DNA of 64,000 nucleotides from Rhizodiscina lignyota (taxonomy: Eukaryota), in the NCBI GenBank assembly GCA_010015805.1, contig ML978121.1:1364001-1428000 (forward strand), given 5' to 3'. Each line of letters begins with the position of its first letter. Position 1 is the first letter of the stretch. This document shows positions 34,096 through 45,730 of this stretch, piece after piece. Position numbers and translations under genes: made by a program. The notes below the pieces were generated by a model that saw only the letters and a list, made by a program, of their open reading frames with translations, was not told where the DNA came from and did not search any database.

Positions 34096-34935
34096 TCCCG
34101 GGGGTTACAAAGCTGCATGGCGCATGGAGATGGAACGAATGATGCACTGGACGCTGCCATCCCGGCTTCAGGGTTCTCGATTAGCTGGTTGGCAGCATAG
34201 CCATGTTGCTCCTTCCTGCTGAAGAACACCTGACGGTACCACGCATACAAGTGGCTAGATTGACGACTGAATGAATGTGCTCTTCAAAGTTCGGGTGAAG
34301 ATGCGGGTTGGATAGCTGAGGAAGGGAGAATATGAAGTCGGAACGAAGCTTGCAGTGGCTGTGGAAATACAAGATGAAGCAGGAGACGCGATGGTTTTTG
34401 GGGACTATATTTGTTAACTGATATATGTGAGGTGTTGAACTTAGCTGGTGAATTCCTCTGAAGGAGCCAGTTTCCAGCGAGTGGATAGCCTGCGGAGCCA
34501 CGCTGTCAAAGTTACCCCAGGCACTTCTGAGAGAAACTTCCTTGAGTTGGTGAGGCTGCATTCGAGGTTATTAGGGAATAGCTTACCTACCTTGATTTAG
34601 AAGATTCACTTCTCGTCGTCGCGGAAAAAGGACGCCGTCAAGCCGTGTCTCCTTCGCGCCGGAAAGTACCTCCTTCATAGTCGTGGACTGTTTCCGCTTT
34701 CACTCGAGTATCTAGAAAGGAAGGAACGAACAACACGCGCCAAGCATTGCACCACGCCTCGGGCCTTTCATTCTTTTCAATTCTTCCCCTCATCCGCTGA
34801 ATATCCTCAAGGTTTCACGCGTCCAAAGACTGCCTTGATTACCTGCACCAATCTGAACGCTCGCGTCACCAGCCAATCCCAACATCCGTCAGAAGCGCGC
34901 TGGAACCGAAAAACCTCCACCTCAGTGCTGCGAAC

Positions 34936-36227
34936 ATGGCCACTTGTCCACTTCTCTCCCTACCGAACGAGCTCATCGACCATGTGGCCAACTTCACGGA
35001 AGATGATGTCCTCATATTGCGTCAAGTCTGCCGACGACTGAATGAAGCGACGATGCATCGAGTCGGCGAACGGTTCTTCTCTAAGCGATTCGTCTTCTTG
35101 TCTCTCCTTTCCAGCCTTGAGAATCTTGCGGCGATCGCTAAACACGAGACTTTCCGCAACCATGTCCGCGCTCTGTACATGTCCCCGTCGTTCCCAGATT
35201 TGCAGCGAGAGGAGAGCGGTCAAATAACCTGTCAGACACGTTGGATAGGAACGGATGTCGTCCAAGAGGAAACATTTCGGAAATATCGGAACGAATTCGA
35301 GTGGCTGTATGACACGGGTATCAATAGAAACGTTATAATCGACGTTCTGAACAGCTGCCCCAATTGCACCAAATTAGGCCTGCACCATCCAGACGAGCTC
35401 GGCACGCAATACCAGGACAAAGTTCTTCAACTTATCTACAAAGTTATCGGGACTACATTTGATCCAGAGGAGCTTGTACTCTTCGGGTTGGACATGAGCG
35501 ATCTTATGACGGATCTTCATTTTCCATATGAGACTAGAATGCTACGATTCGTCCAACATGTGCTAATTGAGAGCGCTGCGCATATTACCTGCCTTCATCT
35601 GGACAATTCTGGCAACTCCCTTCTGTGGTATCCAATGGATGACGCTGGATTCATTGTACCAGCGTCCAGCAAGTCACAGCTCCATTCACGTCTGCTCAAT
35701 CTGAGAGAACTGTCGCTGGCGTTTTGTCCCTCGAGCACGCAGGACAACCTACACTCTTTCCTATCTGCCGCCAAAAACCTAACGAGTCTCTCTTTGCAAC
35801 TTGGACTCTATTCATCCTCTTCCATGTTCGGTTCCACAACCTCGTCCAGTTTAACCTGAGATGCTCATATAATCCACAGGACCTCTGGGACCCAGAAATT
35901 ATCTCGAAGTTCCTAATCAGTCATAAAGATACTCTTCGGAGCCTTGGCCTAATCTTCATCCGCATATGGGGCTCTTTCTTACCATGTCCAGAGCTCATAC
36001 ACTCTGAAATGGGACTGGAGGAGATCAGACTCCGTATTGACGAGCATTATGAGAAAGATGCTGATCCGGAGGATTGGACGTGGAACAAAGCATGCACTCT
36101 TCTGGATGATGTCCACATCAAGGACAATGTCAAAACGAGTCTAGCAGATTTGATTGAGATGCTGGAGGAACATGAGCTGGAACTCCTGGAAGATGAAACC
36201 ATGAGTCTTTACAGCACTGGCAGCTGA
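34936..36227 (+). pseudogene. F-box-like gene, paralog of 26285-27760, frameshifted near 35800-35830
   Basis: LLSLPNELIDHV...LRQVCRRL..VGERFF matches the paralog's N-terminus; the C-terminal match (FLISHKDTLRSL...GSFLPC..IHSEMGLE) is in another frame with no evident intron. Confidence 0.65.
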
Positions 36228-37405
36228 CAGTCGTTCATAAAGGGGTGTCACTGGGGTTTCGATTGCAAAGAGAAGATTTTGCTCTTCATTTTCTGTGTTA
36301 TTTGCTACAGTATGTATAATATCCGACCCGCGTGAGGTCGGATCAACTCTCGAGATGGTCAAATGGAATGATGTTCTCATCGCCTATCCTTTCGAAACTT
36401 TGCAGTGCCGTCCACGCAATTAGAGCTCCTGCCGCTGCTGAGTTTAGATCAGAGGTGGCACCCATTCTCCACATATATTCTCATCGCACCGTAACCCTGA
36501 GCTTACCACGAGGGTGACAAAAAGGTTGGGCTCGCCCCGAAGATCATACGACTGAACTTCTAGAGATGATCTCGTTTACCTGGAACCGTGGGAGCTGTAC
36601 GCCGTTTACTCCGAAAGTGTTATAGCTTGTCTGAATAATGGCGCCCAACCATTGTCACGCTCGAGCTCGCTCATTTGCCACCCTGAACCAGAGCAGGACA
36701 ATCATATACAGATTGCTCGCGATGGCTATACATCAATCTCAATGCCGAATACATTTGCGTGTTCCAGGCCGGTAGCCAGCTGACAGAAAAGGCCCACGTC
36801 GATGCAATCTGCAACCCGTGGGAGCAGTGCTCCAAACCTATCGCTACACCATACAATTACTTCCCAGATCGCGAGAAGCACCTCCTGAATTGGCGACAGA
36901 TGAACTGCATTTATGCCTATCCTATCCGAATCGTACATGAGTGTGCCCGTTTACATAGATCGAACAGTGATACGCGGCATGAGGTACCGCCCTTCCGACC
37001 ACTTGCCCAATTTTGTCTCCGGATTGCTGCTCTGTCTCCCGATCAAGAACGTTTACAGTCAAGGCAAGAGATAACATCCCGTTACTGGATGCGCCAGTTG
37101 AGATCTCACCAGCATTGATCTGTGAGTCAGAAACGCCATTTCGAGAAGCACAGCCACTAACCGGCTGTGTACACCGCGCTGCGCAGTGACTCCCTGAACC
37201 ATGCATGAAATAGATGCGTTTCCGCACTTTCCAATCTCACAGTCTGGGGCGCATGTTTTTAAATCGTTCTTGGTCTTCTTGGGGCATTTTCAATCGCATA
37301 GCATTTCGCACGAGACCGTTACTAAAGGGACTCCCCACTCTCACACTACCCAACAAACAACCCACCATACCGCATCCAAGCCCATTTCGATCCCAATCCA
37401 CGACA

Positions 37406-38668
37406 ATGGCACCCTCCCAAGGCAAAAAGCAGCGCCCGATCCACCTCCCGGGGACCCACCTCGAAGGCGGCGGCCAGCTCCTCCGCCTCGCCACATCCCT
37501 CTCCGCACTAACGCAGCAGCCCATCCAAATCAACAACATCCGCGGCAACCGCTCTGGCGGCGGCGGCATGAAAGCGCAGCACCTGACAGCGGTGCGTTGG
37601 CTCGCGTCGGCATGTGGCGCGCGGACGAGCGGGATGGGGCTGAAGAGCAAGAGCTTGGTGTTCACTCCGGGGGGCGAGGCCGAAGAGGGTGGAGATGCGC
37701 TGGATGATGTGGAGAGCACGATTGATATCGGCTCCCCGGGGGCGGTGAGCTTGGTGTTCCAAGCGATACTGCCATTCGTGCTCTTCTCCTCCTCGCAGGC
37801 AGAACCCACGCCGGTCCATATCACAATCAAGGGCGGCACGAATGTTTCGAACTCCCCGTCGGTCGACTATCTCCGGCTCGTGCTCTTCCCGACTCTCACG
37901 CTCATCGGCTTCAGCCCCATCTCTGTGCACGTCCGCTCGAGGGGGTGGAGTCTCGGCCGCACAGAAGTCGGTGCTGCGACATTTAGCATCACTCCTCTCG
38001 CCAAGGGCAAGACACTATCCGCATTCCAGCTCAAAGACAGAGGAAAGATCGTAAGTCTGGAAGCCGTTGTCCTTGCTCCCCGAACAGCGGAGAAAGAGCT
38101 GCTGAAGGAGCTCGAGCGGACAGTGGGCGACGAGTTCCCGGGAATCCCGCTGCAGATTGAGTACGAGGATTCGCTGCACCCAAAACGCCTGTACCTCCTG
38201 CTCGTTGCGACATGCGAGAACGGGTACAAGCTTGGCCGGGACTGGCTGTACGGCGCGGAGGGAGACTTTAAGATTAAGAAGAAAGCGGGGAGTAGCGTCT
38301 CTCCTGCAATCGCTGCGGAACAGCTTGTGAAGCATGTCGTGCGTGATATCAGCGCCGAGATCGCACACGGAGGGTGCGTTGATGAGCACATGCGTGACCA
38401 GATGGCTGTATTCCAGGCGCTGGCGGAGGGAAAGAGCGTTGTTGATGGAGGTCGGGACGAAGATGGCGGTAGAGTAAAGGCAAGCTTACATGCAAGGACG
38501 GTGCAGTGGGTGGCCGGAGAGGTTGTGGGCGTAGACTTCGACAAGGAAGGCTCTTGTAACGGCGTAGGCTTTGTCGTTGGCGAGCATTTCGACAGCAAGA
38601 GACGACGTGGGCCACCTCCTGCTGCGGAAGCGCAGCTGGCGGAGCAGCTGGAGGAGCTCCATGTCTAA
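37406..38668 (+). CDS. RNA 3'-terminal phosphate cyclase (RtcA-like), ~420 aa
   Basis: LEGGGQLLR, GGMKAQHL, SPGAVSLVFQAILP, GGTNVSNSPSVDY, VDEHMRDQ, SLHARTV. Confidence 0.88.
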   Translation: MAPSQGKKQRPIHLPGTHLEGGGQLLRLATSLSALTQQPIQINNIRGNRSGGGGMKAQHLTAVRWLASACGARTSGMGLKSKSLVFTPGGEAEEGGDALDDVESTIDIGSPGAVSLVFQAILPFVLFSSSQAEPTPVHITIKGGTNVSNSPSVDYLRLVLFPTLTLIGFSPISVHVRSRGWSLGRTEVGAATFSITPLAKGKTLSAFQLKDRGKIVSLEAVVLAPRTAEKELLKELERTVGDEFPGIPLQIEYEDSLHPKRLYLLLVATCENGYKLGRDWLYGAEGDFKIKKKAGSSVSPAIAAEQLVKHVVRDISAEIAHGGCVDEHMRDQMAVFQALAEGKSVVDGGRDEDGGRVKASLHARTVQWVAGEVVGVDFDKEGSCNGVGFVVGEHFDSKRRRGPPPAAEAQLAEQLEELHV

Positions 38669-38763
38669 CGTTGTATCTTACATCTTATTGTCTGCCCGTC
38701 TGCAATGCGTTCAAGCGAATGCATAGCTCATGTGCGTTTCTTCCACACATGATCCGTCCACTC

Positions 38764-40391
38764 TCATACCTTTGCTCTAGCGCGCTGCACAGCTCTTTCC
38801 AAAGCCTCTTTCCTGACCTTTGGCACACTAACTATCTCCCCAGCTGTAGGAACGACCTCAAACCTTGCCGGTGGATTAACAAGACCAGGCCAGATATCTG
38901 CAGGAAGATATTCTCCCTGATCCTGCTTGAAGGCCTCCCTCTCTTCCAAGTCTCCTTGATAGAGCTTCTCAATCTTGTTCATTGCATCTCTCACCACCTT
39001 CTCCATCTGCGACTGCACACCCCGGCGCCTCGCAACCTCAACGACCAGACCGTCGTACGCGTGGCCAAAGTTCTCATAGAAGCCCTTCAGCGATTCCAAT
39101 TCTTCCATTTTGTCTGCCAAAACCTGCTTCTCTTGATCCCATTTGTTGAGGAACTCGGCCGAGGCGGCAATGTATTGATCCATGTCTACGACGACTGCCG
39201 AAAGGCTGCGGAGGGTCGCGTGCAGCTTGCGCGCAGACATTCGCAGGGCGGATATGTAGTTCTCGCAGTGCTGGAATTGCTCCTCCATGTCTGCTAGTCG
39301 ATCTCCTATCTCGCCGATCACGTCCTCGACTTCTGCTGCATCCTTAGCAAGAACGTTCATCATGTCGGATCGTTCCTCTTCGAACATGGGCTGTGGTGGA
39401 GCGTCTTGGTCCATCGTCTCCAACTCCAGACCCAGTCCAGTTGGTAAGTCTTGCGCATTGGGTAATGAACCTGTAGCTTGTTCTATCGCTGCGCCGCCTC
39501 CTTCCGTATGCTTGAGTGCCGTAACGCAGAGGTCGTAGTGCCGAACTAGAGACTGTAATAGAGATGCGCATTCCGTCGCATGTACCTCCAGATTCTGGAA
39601 GAGACTCGGCAATGGCGATGCGGCCTCTGTGGACAGGTCCAAGCCCGAGCCTCTGACCTCTCCTCCCACTTCTTCGTCTTCGTCTTCGTCCGGCTCTGCG
39701 GGTTGATGTGGTCGCGATGCAGCGATGAGACTGCCCTTTATATTACCGATCGCGTTGTCGAATTCATCGGCATGATCAAGAAGGGCGCCGTGGGCTTCAT
39801 TAAAGCGGTCGATGGAAGCGCGAATGGAGTCGTGCAGGTCGGTTACACCACCTTCATCAACAAAATCAAAGAGATACTTGGTTGGTTCATCTGCAGGCTG
39901 GAACGATGGTTCGACCTCGGTATCTCGAAGCACTTCTAGCGTTTCGTTTAGTCGTGTCGAGGAGACGTCTAGTGCAGAGACGGTGGCCTGTAGATAGCGC
40001 TGGGTTTTAGTAAAAGCGTTGCTGCGTGGTCTCATCATGAATGCAACTCTAGTACCTTGAATTCATCCTTGCCTTCAACAGCGACCACTTCGACACCCGT
40101 TCGCACTGCCTCAACTGCTGTTATTTGCTCGCTGATGGCTCTCTTGACGAAGGCGTTCTTTGCAGCGAGCACGGCATTCTCCTCCAGCGCTTCTCGCGCA
40201 GCAGTGACAATCTCATTAGCTCGCCAGACGTGGTGTGTACATGCTAATGAGCGCTTTGAGGCGAGGAAGTAGTTGACGAGGCCCTCGAGGGTTGATCCTT
40301 CGTCTGTTGCGGCCTCTGGAGGCTCGAGACTGCCATCCGAGGATGTGGGTGAAGGAAGGTTCGCTGGGCGTGGAGATGGCCTCGGCGTCAT
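38764..40391 (-). CDS. ATG17: Autophagy protein Atg17, ~519 aa; exons 40391-40056, 39987-38764
   Basis: FLASKRSL...WRANEIV, LFDFVDE, SLVRHYDLC..ALKHTEGG, AYDGLVVEVARRR, GEYLPADIWPG. Confidence 0.9.
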
Positions 40392-41146
40392 GTTGGTGTG
40401 AGCTATAGGGGAAGGACGTTAAGAGTGGAATGGTGGTATCATAGTCGCGCAACAGGATGGTGGAGTGGGTACAGGCAGAGGGAGCACATGCGGTCCCGAC
40501 GCGAAGTCACGTTCACAGCAGCAGCGCGGGTCGTACCGAGCCATAGGCTTAAAGCTCGGACGTCTGCCAATAGAAGAGGCTTAACGCAGCAGAGTCGCGA
40601 TAAAGCGCGAAGACAGTTGGCAGAGAATTTGACAGGAACAGGAAATATGAGGCTGCAGTTTGATTCCTAACCAGCGATGGTGGCTCGATGGACCGATCGA
40701 GTGGAAGCCCTCTGCAGCTCCAGAATCCGGGGTAGCAGGGGTCGCCTTCGCCATCCCTGCCTCTCCACAAAAGTAATATCTAATCGCCCTTTTCGCCGGC
40801 GGATTGCTTTTGAGGCTAAAGTGCTTTGTTTTGCCAGGCGATAGACGCATCAGGAAAAGGCTGCGCAGAAAAGAGCTGCGGAGGATCTGGCGCCGTGCTG
40901 TCGCGAGGATTGAGAGGTGGCCCTGGTGGCGAGGAGTGGATGAGGTGCTTGGGGCATTAGGTAAGCGCACGTCACCGCGGAAGAGGATTGTGTGATTGTG
41001 TGATTGTGTGCTTGTGTGCTCCGGCTCTCGGTCGCTCCTCTCTGCGCCCAAGCACGACATCCAGCACGAGAGCCGCAATGCCCACTTGACCACTGTACAT
41101 ACCCTACATACCTCGAACCTTAATCATTGCGATTTGCCCTAGCTTT

Positions 41147-41157
41147 ATTGCGCCATC
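41147..41157 (+). promoter_or_regulatory. Candidate CYS-3/MetR binding site in the ATG17-sconB divergent intergenic region
   Basis: ATTGCGCCATC, one mismatch to the ATGRYRYCAT consensus, about 260 nt upstream of sconB. Confidence 0.45.
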
Positions 41158-41418
41158 CCTTTGCGCGCCGGCCTCGCTCCACCCGCACTCGCCACCCCTC
41201 CGCAGCGCACGCTTACTTCTCCGCTTCGCTGCCCTTCGACATCAAAATACCCGTCCCTGCCTTCGCCCACCGCCTCGGGTCCCTCGAGAAATTCCCGCAT
41301 GAGACATCTTGTCTTTTTCAGCTCTCACCGTCCGATGCCCCTTTCCCAGCTGGCCTGATCCGAGCGAGCGCGGATGGCGTCAGAAGCGCGCTTGAGCTCA
41401 TCACTCGCCGCGCACAAC

Positions 41419-43685
41419 ATGGACCACATAACACCTCCCGACCGCCCTCGCACGCGATCTTCTTTGCGACAACGAGCCCATCGCAGAGCTGTGTCGGATA
41501 CAATGGAAGACAGTCACACAGCCCTGCATCCAGAGCACGACACCGGTCGGAGTCGCTATCGGCGCGGCAGCTTCGACGATGATAAGAACGCAGACCCGAA
41601 GGACGGCCAGATTGCTATTTCCTCCACAAGCAAAGCTGCTGGAAAGATGGTCGCCCCTTTTCTCGCAAAGCATATACCTGAGCAGTACAACCCACTCGGT
41701 GGGAAGCACTCGCCCCCAATGACTCCCATCGACGGCCACACGAATACCAAATACTGCTATCGCCATCGACCCGACCTGAAGTGTCGGCGTCAAGCAAATG
41801 AACCGACGATGGATTCGTTGCAGCACGTAAGTACATGTCTTCTCCCTCTCAGCTAGAAATAGGTACATCTTATGCAGTACAGGACTTGAGTGCACTGTCA
41901 AAGCAAGACCAGCAAGGCATTACCCACGTCTGGTCACTCTTCTCTGCTGCTCCTAGCAAGCAGCGAGAGTTGATGCTCCAGGGCATACTTGCTCAGTGTT
42001 GCTTCCCCCAGCTGTCAATGATCTCGGCGTCTATCCGCGACCTCATCAAAATCGACTTCCTCTACGCCCTCCCTCCCGAACTCGGCTTCAAGATCCTCTG
42101 CTACCTCGATACCATCTCCCTCTGCAAAGCCGCCCAAGTCTCCAGGACCTGGCGAGCATTGGCCGACGATGATGTGGTATGGCATAAGATGTGTGAGCAA
42201 CATATTGACCGAAAGTGTACGAAGTGTGGTTGGGGTCTGCCGCTGTTGGAAAGGAAAAGGTTGCGAACAGAGAAGCGGCAGATGCAGCTACGAGCAGCAG
42301 GTCGTGGCCTCAACAACTGGTCTCCGAACATCACACCAGTACCCGAGTCTCTACCAGGCAGCCGTGAGTCCAGTGTTGGCCCATCAGTTGCTCCAACTGC
42401 AACCAAACGCACTTACCCTGGTGGCCTTCCGTCACCGGAGCTCACGAACAAACGTGTCTGTACCGAGTCCCTGCGTGCTGACACTCCCGACTCCTCTGGA
42501 GAGCGTAAGCGGCCCTGGAAGGAGGTCTACAAAGCCCGCTTCAAGGTCGGCACCAATTGGAAGTATGGTCGATGTCGCACACGCGTCTTCAAGGGACACA
42601 CCGATGGCGTAATGGCCCTCCAATTTGACGACAACATCCTTGCAACCGGCTCTTACGACAAGCACATCAGAATATGGAACATCAGAACTGGCGAGTGTTT
42701 GCGCATCCTGAAGGGTCACGAGAGCGGAATTAGATGTCTCCAGTTTGATTCTGACACGGGTGTCCTTATGAGTGGAGGACTAGACAAGACCATAAGAGTG
42801 TGGAACTGGCGCACTGGCGAGCTGTTGCGCACAATGACCGGCCACAGCGGCGGCATCATCTGTATCAATTTTGCACATGGCATCATTGCAAGTGGCAGCC
42901 AAGACCACACTGTGCGCGTCTACGATACCAAACGTCAGGAAACATATGTACTGAAGGACCACACCGACTGGGTCAACAGTGTCAAGTTGGATATACCCTC
43001 CCATACTATTCTCACTGCCTCGGACGACTGCACGGTGAAGCTCTGGGACCTCGAGAGCAAGCAGTGCATCCGCACTTTCGAAGGTCATGTCGGTCAGGTC
43101 CAGCAAGTTATCTGGATGGCCCCTGAATTCGAGCTGGATGAATGCGACCTTGCAGAACTTGCCTCCGCAGACGGACACGACACGGACACCGACGGCGACG
43201 ACGCCATGGTCAATGACGATCCAGACAACCCGTGGCATGATGACCAAGCGAGCGGATGCCACACTGCTAGTAACCCAATCACACCCCTCTTTCCCGGCTC
43301 AGACGCCCACTCTCGCAATCCTGATCGCCCCTCTCCACCGCGCTACATGCTCACCGGCGCCCTCGACTCCACCATCCGCCTGTGGGACGTCAGCACTGGC
43401 AAGTGTCTGCGCACCTTCTTCGGCCACTTGGAAGGCATCTGGGCGCTGGCAGCCGACACCCTGCGCGTGGTATCCGGGGCAGAGGACCGCATGGTCAAGG
43501 TGTGGGACCCGAAGACTGGCATGTGCGAGAGCACATTCGTGGGCCATGCCGCGCCGGTCACGTGCATTGGGCTCTCCGACTCGAGGCTGGTGTCAGGGAG
43601 TGAGGACTGTGACGTGAGGGTGCTGGAATTCGGTGAGCGGGAGGCGGAGGGGGCCGCGTTGGGGGATGAAATTGGTAGTGGATGA
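41419..43685 (+). CDS. sconB: Sulfur controller F-box/WD40 protein (SconB/Scon-2/Met30), ~736 aa; exons 41419-41826, 41883-43685 (alternative ATG at 41374)
   Basis: [17 protein letters not shown]-box [40 protein letters not shown], multiple GH...WD repeats. Confidence 0.95.
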
Positions 43686-44091
43686 GGGGAGCGATGTGAT
43701 TTGCTTTTCGGGATTTCGTTATGAAGGGAGTGATACCTTTGTGTGCACTTTGCATCTGCTTGCCGGTTCGAAGGATTCGTAGGATACCCACTGCGCTACT
43801 GCTCTTGGCGTACACGTGGGTGTCTTCACATACTCATGGAATACTCAAAATATTTTATCATATGCTGTTACAGTATGAAGTGCTTGGCTATGTCGTGAGT
43901 GACAAACATGTTGTCCGCAGACGGCAAGACACGGGGTAGGTATGATGTGTAGCCTCCGCATACAATCGAATACAGCCTCCATCTTGCTCTACAGCGAGTA
44001 AAGTGATCCTCAGACAACCTCCGTGCAGGATGCTTTATGCGCTTTTGTCTATGACTTTTTGAGTCGCTTGAATTATTCATGTCGTCGTGCC

Positions 44092-45730
44092 TCATGCGAA
44101 GGCACCGACAATCGACATGCCAGCAGCTGGCGAAATTTTAGATTTGCACCGTACGCGGAGAACGTGTGAGCCACTCACCTCCCATAAGCACATATCCAAA
44201 CGCAAGCACCTTCCGCTTGTGCGTAAGCACGCGGTCTGATTCTTCCGACAGAAAGTCCTCATACAGCAGATCCACCAGCGCTGCGTAGATCAGGAGGCCG
44301 GAAGAGCTGCGTCAACGCCATCAGCGTCCACACCCTTTCCTTCGGGGGGAGAACAGCTCACATCGCATTGAACGTGCCCACCAAAATCAGCGCAAACGCA
44401 CTGCTTGGATCATAGCTGTTCCGCGTCACCAGCCCGATGAACTGCCCGAACGGCGCGGTCGTGCCGAACGCGAGCACCAGCGCCCACGGCCGCCACGCCT
44501 GCTTCCACGGCACTGCTGCGATGCGGCTGCCCAGGCCCAGGCCTTCGAACGTCTGGTGGAATAGGATGGCGATGAGGGGGACGGGAAAGCCGCGCGTCGT
44601 GATGGAGACGGTCATGCCGACGAATATGGAGTGGAAGAGAATGCCGCCCTCGAGCAGGGTGATGTTGAGCGCCATGCGCTTCGCGGTCGGGCTGTCGGGG
44701 TCGATGAGGTCTTTGTCATCGCTGGTGTCAAGGTGAGAGTGGGAGACCTGGTGCTCTGCGGTATCTGCATCGGCTGCGGTGTAAGAGGGCGCGGGAAGCG
44801 CGTGTCGCATCATGATGTACATCTCGTCGCGCTGGCGCACGTATTCTTCATAGAATGTGATGAACCATGGCGGCATCTCGGAAGGGACGTTACTCAGACG
44901 GAATGTGTCTTCCATCCTGTACTCGAGCTCTTGTTCTTGGCTGTTCCACTCTGTTAGTTTGAAAGTGTGTGGGAGGTGTTTGACGTGCATCTTAATTTGA
45001 GCCTTTTCTAAGTCGATCGAGTCCTGCTCCAAAGAGCTGCCTTGATGTGTCGACTGTTGACGACGTAGCTGAGTTGGAATCTGGGCAGGAACGCGCATAG
45101 TGTCATTGAGGCGATCTGCAGTAGCACCGCCGTGATCGTGGCCGCCAACTTTCGTATGAAGGTACATCTCAATAGCGAAGAGCGAGAAGAGCGATCCTAA
45201 TCCGATAACGCCCGGCATGGCTGGGTACCGTTTCGTGAAGAGATTCGGAAGACATGGGTCATTCAGAGATTGGAAGGCTGTCGGCAATAGCTATCCACCG
45301 TTAGGAGCAATATCACAGTCTTGGTTTGGATGCTCACATGGACAAATGCTGTCGCGATCAGGACGCCGGTACCGAAGTGCTTGCAGAAGAAGAAGATATT
45401 GGGAGGTATCCTCATCCACTTGATCTTCTTTGCAACAACGGGGAAGCCCGCACCTGTCCCTGGCATGAGGCTCTGAAGATATCATGTCTGTCGTGGATGG
45501 GGATATACCGAAGCAACTAGCAGCCATCACAAGAACTGTGTCGAATTAGAAATTGTCCACACTTTTGGATGAGTGTGAGAGTCTTACACAAGGCAACCAC
45601 ATGCAGCGATATATTATAGTTTGTCTGATCAGCACCTCTACCGCCACACTGCGGCTTGCCAGTGGATATCGCTGCTTCGACCCCCAGGATTGGGATGGCA
45701 TTGGATGCGCCAGCTGCTGGACTTCCACCA
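44092..45730 (-). CDS. ZIP-family zinc/iron transporter, multi-exon (5' end not resolved)
   Basis: KPQCG...LHVVAL, KHFGTGVLIATAFVH|LLP, LEGGILFHSIFVG, FHQTFEGLGLG, SSGLLIYAALVDLL, ending MSIVGAFA* at 44092. Confidence 0.88.

Noticed and set aside
36600..37120. ORF 36759-37118 and neighbouring frames
   Set aside because: Non-ATG start, no family motif, insufficient support
37237..38598. Long antisense ORFs over the RNA cyclase gene (similar ones occur over ATG17, sconB and the transaminase)
   Set aside because: Expected shadows of GC-rich codon usage on the coding strand
40986..41009. (GATTGTGT)x3 tandem repeat
   Set aside because: Short simple repeat with no evidence of function
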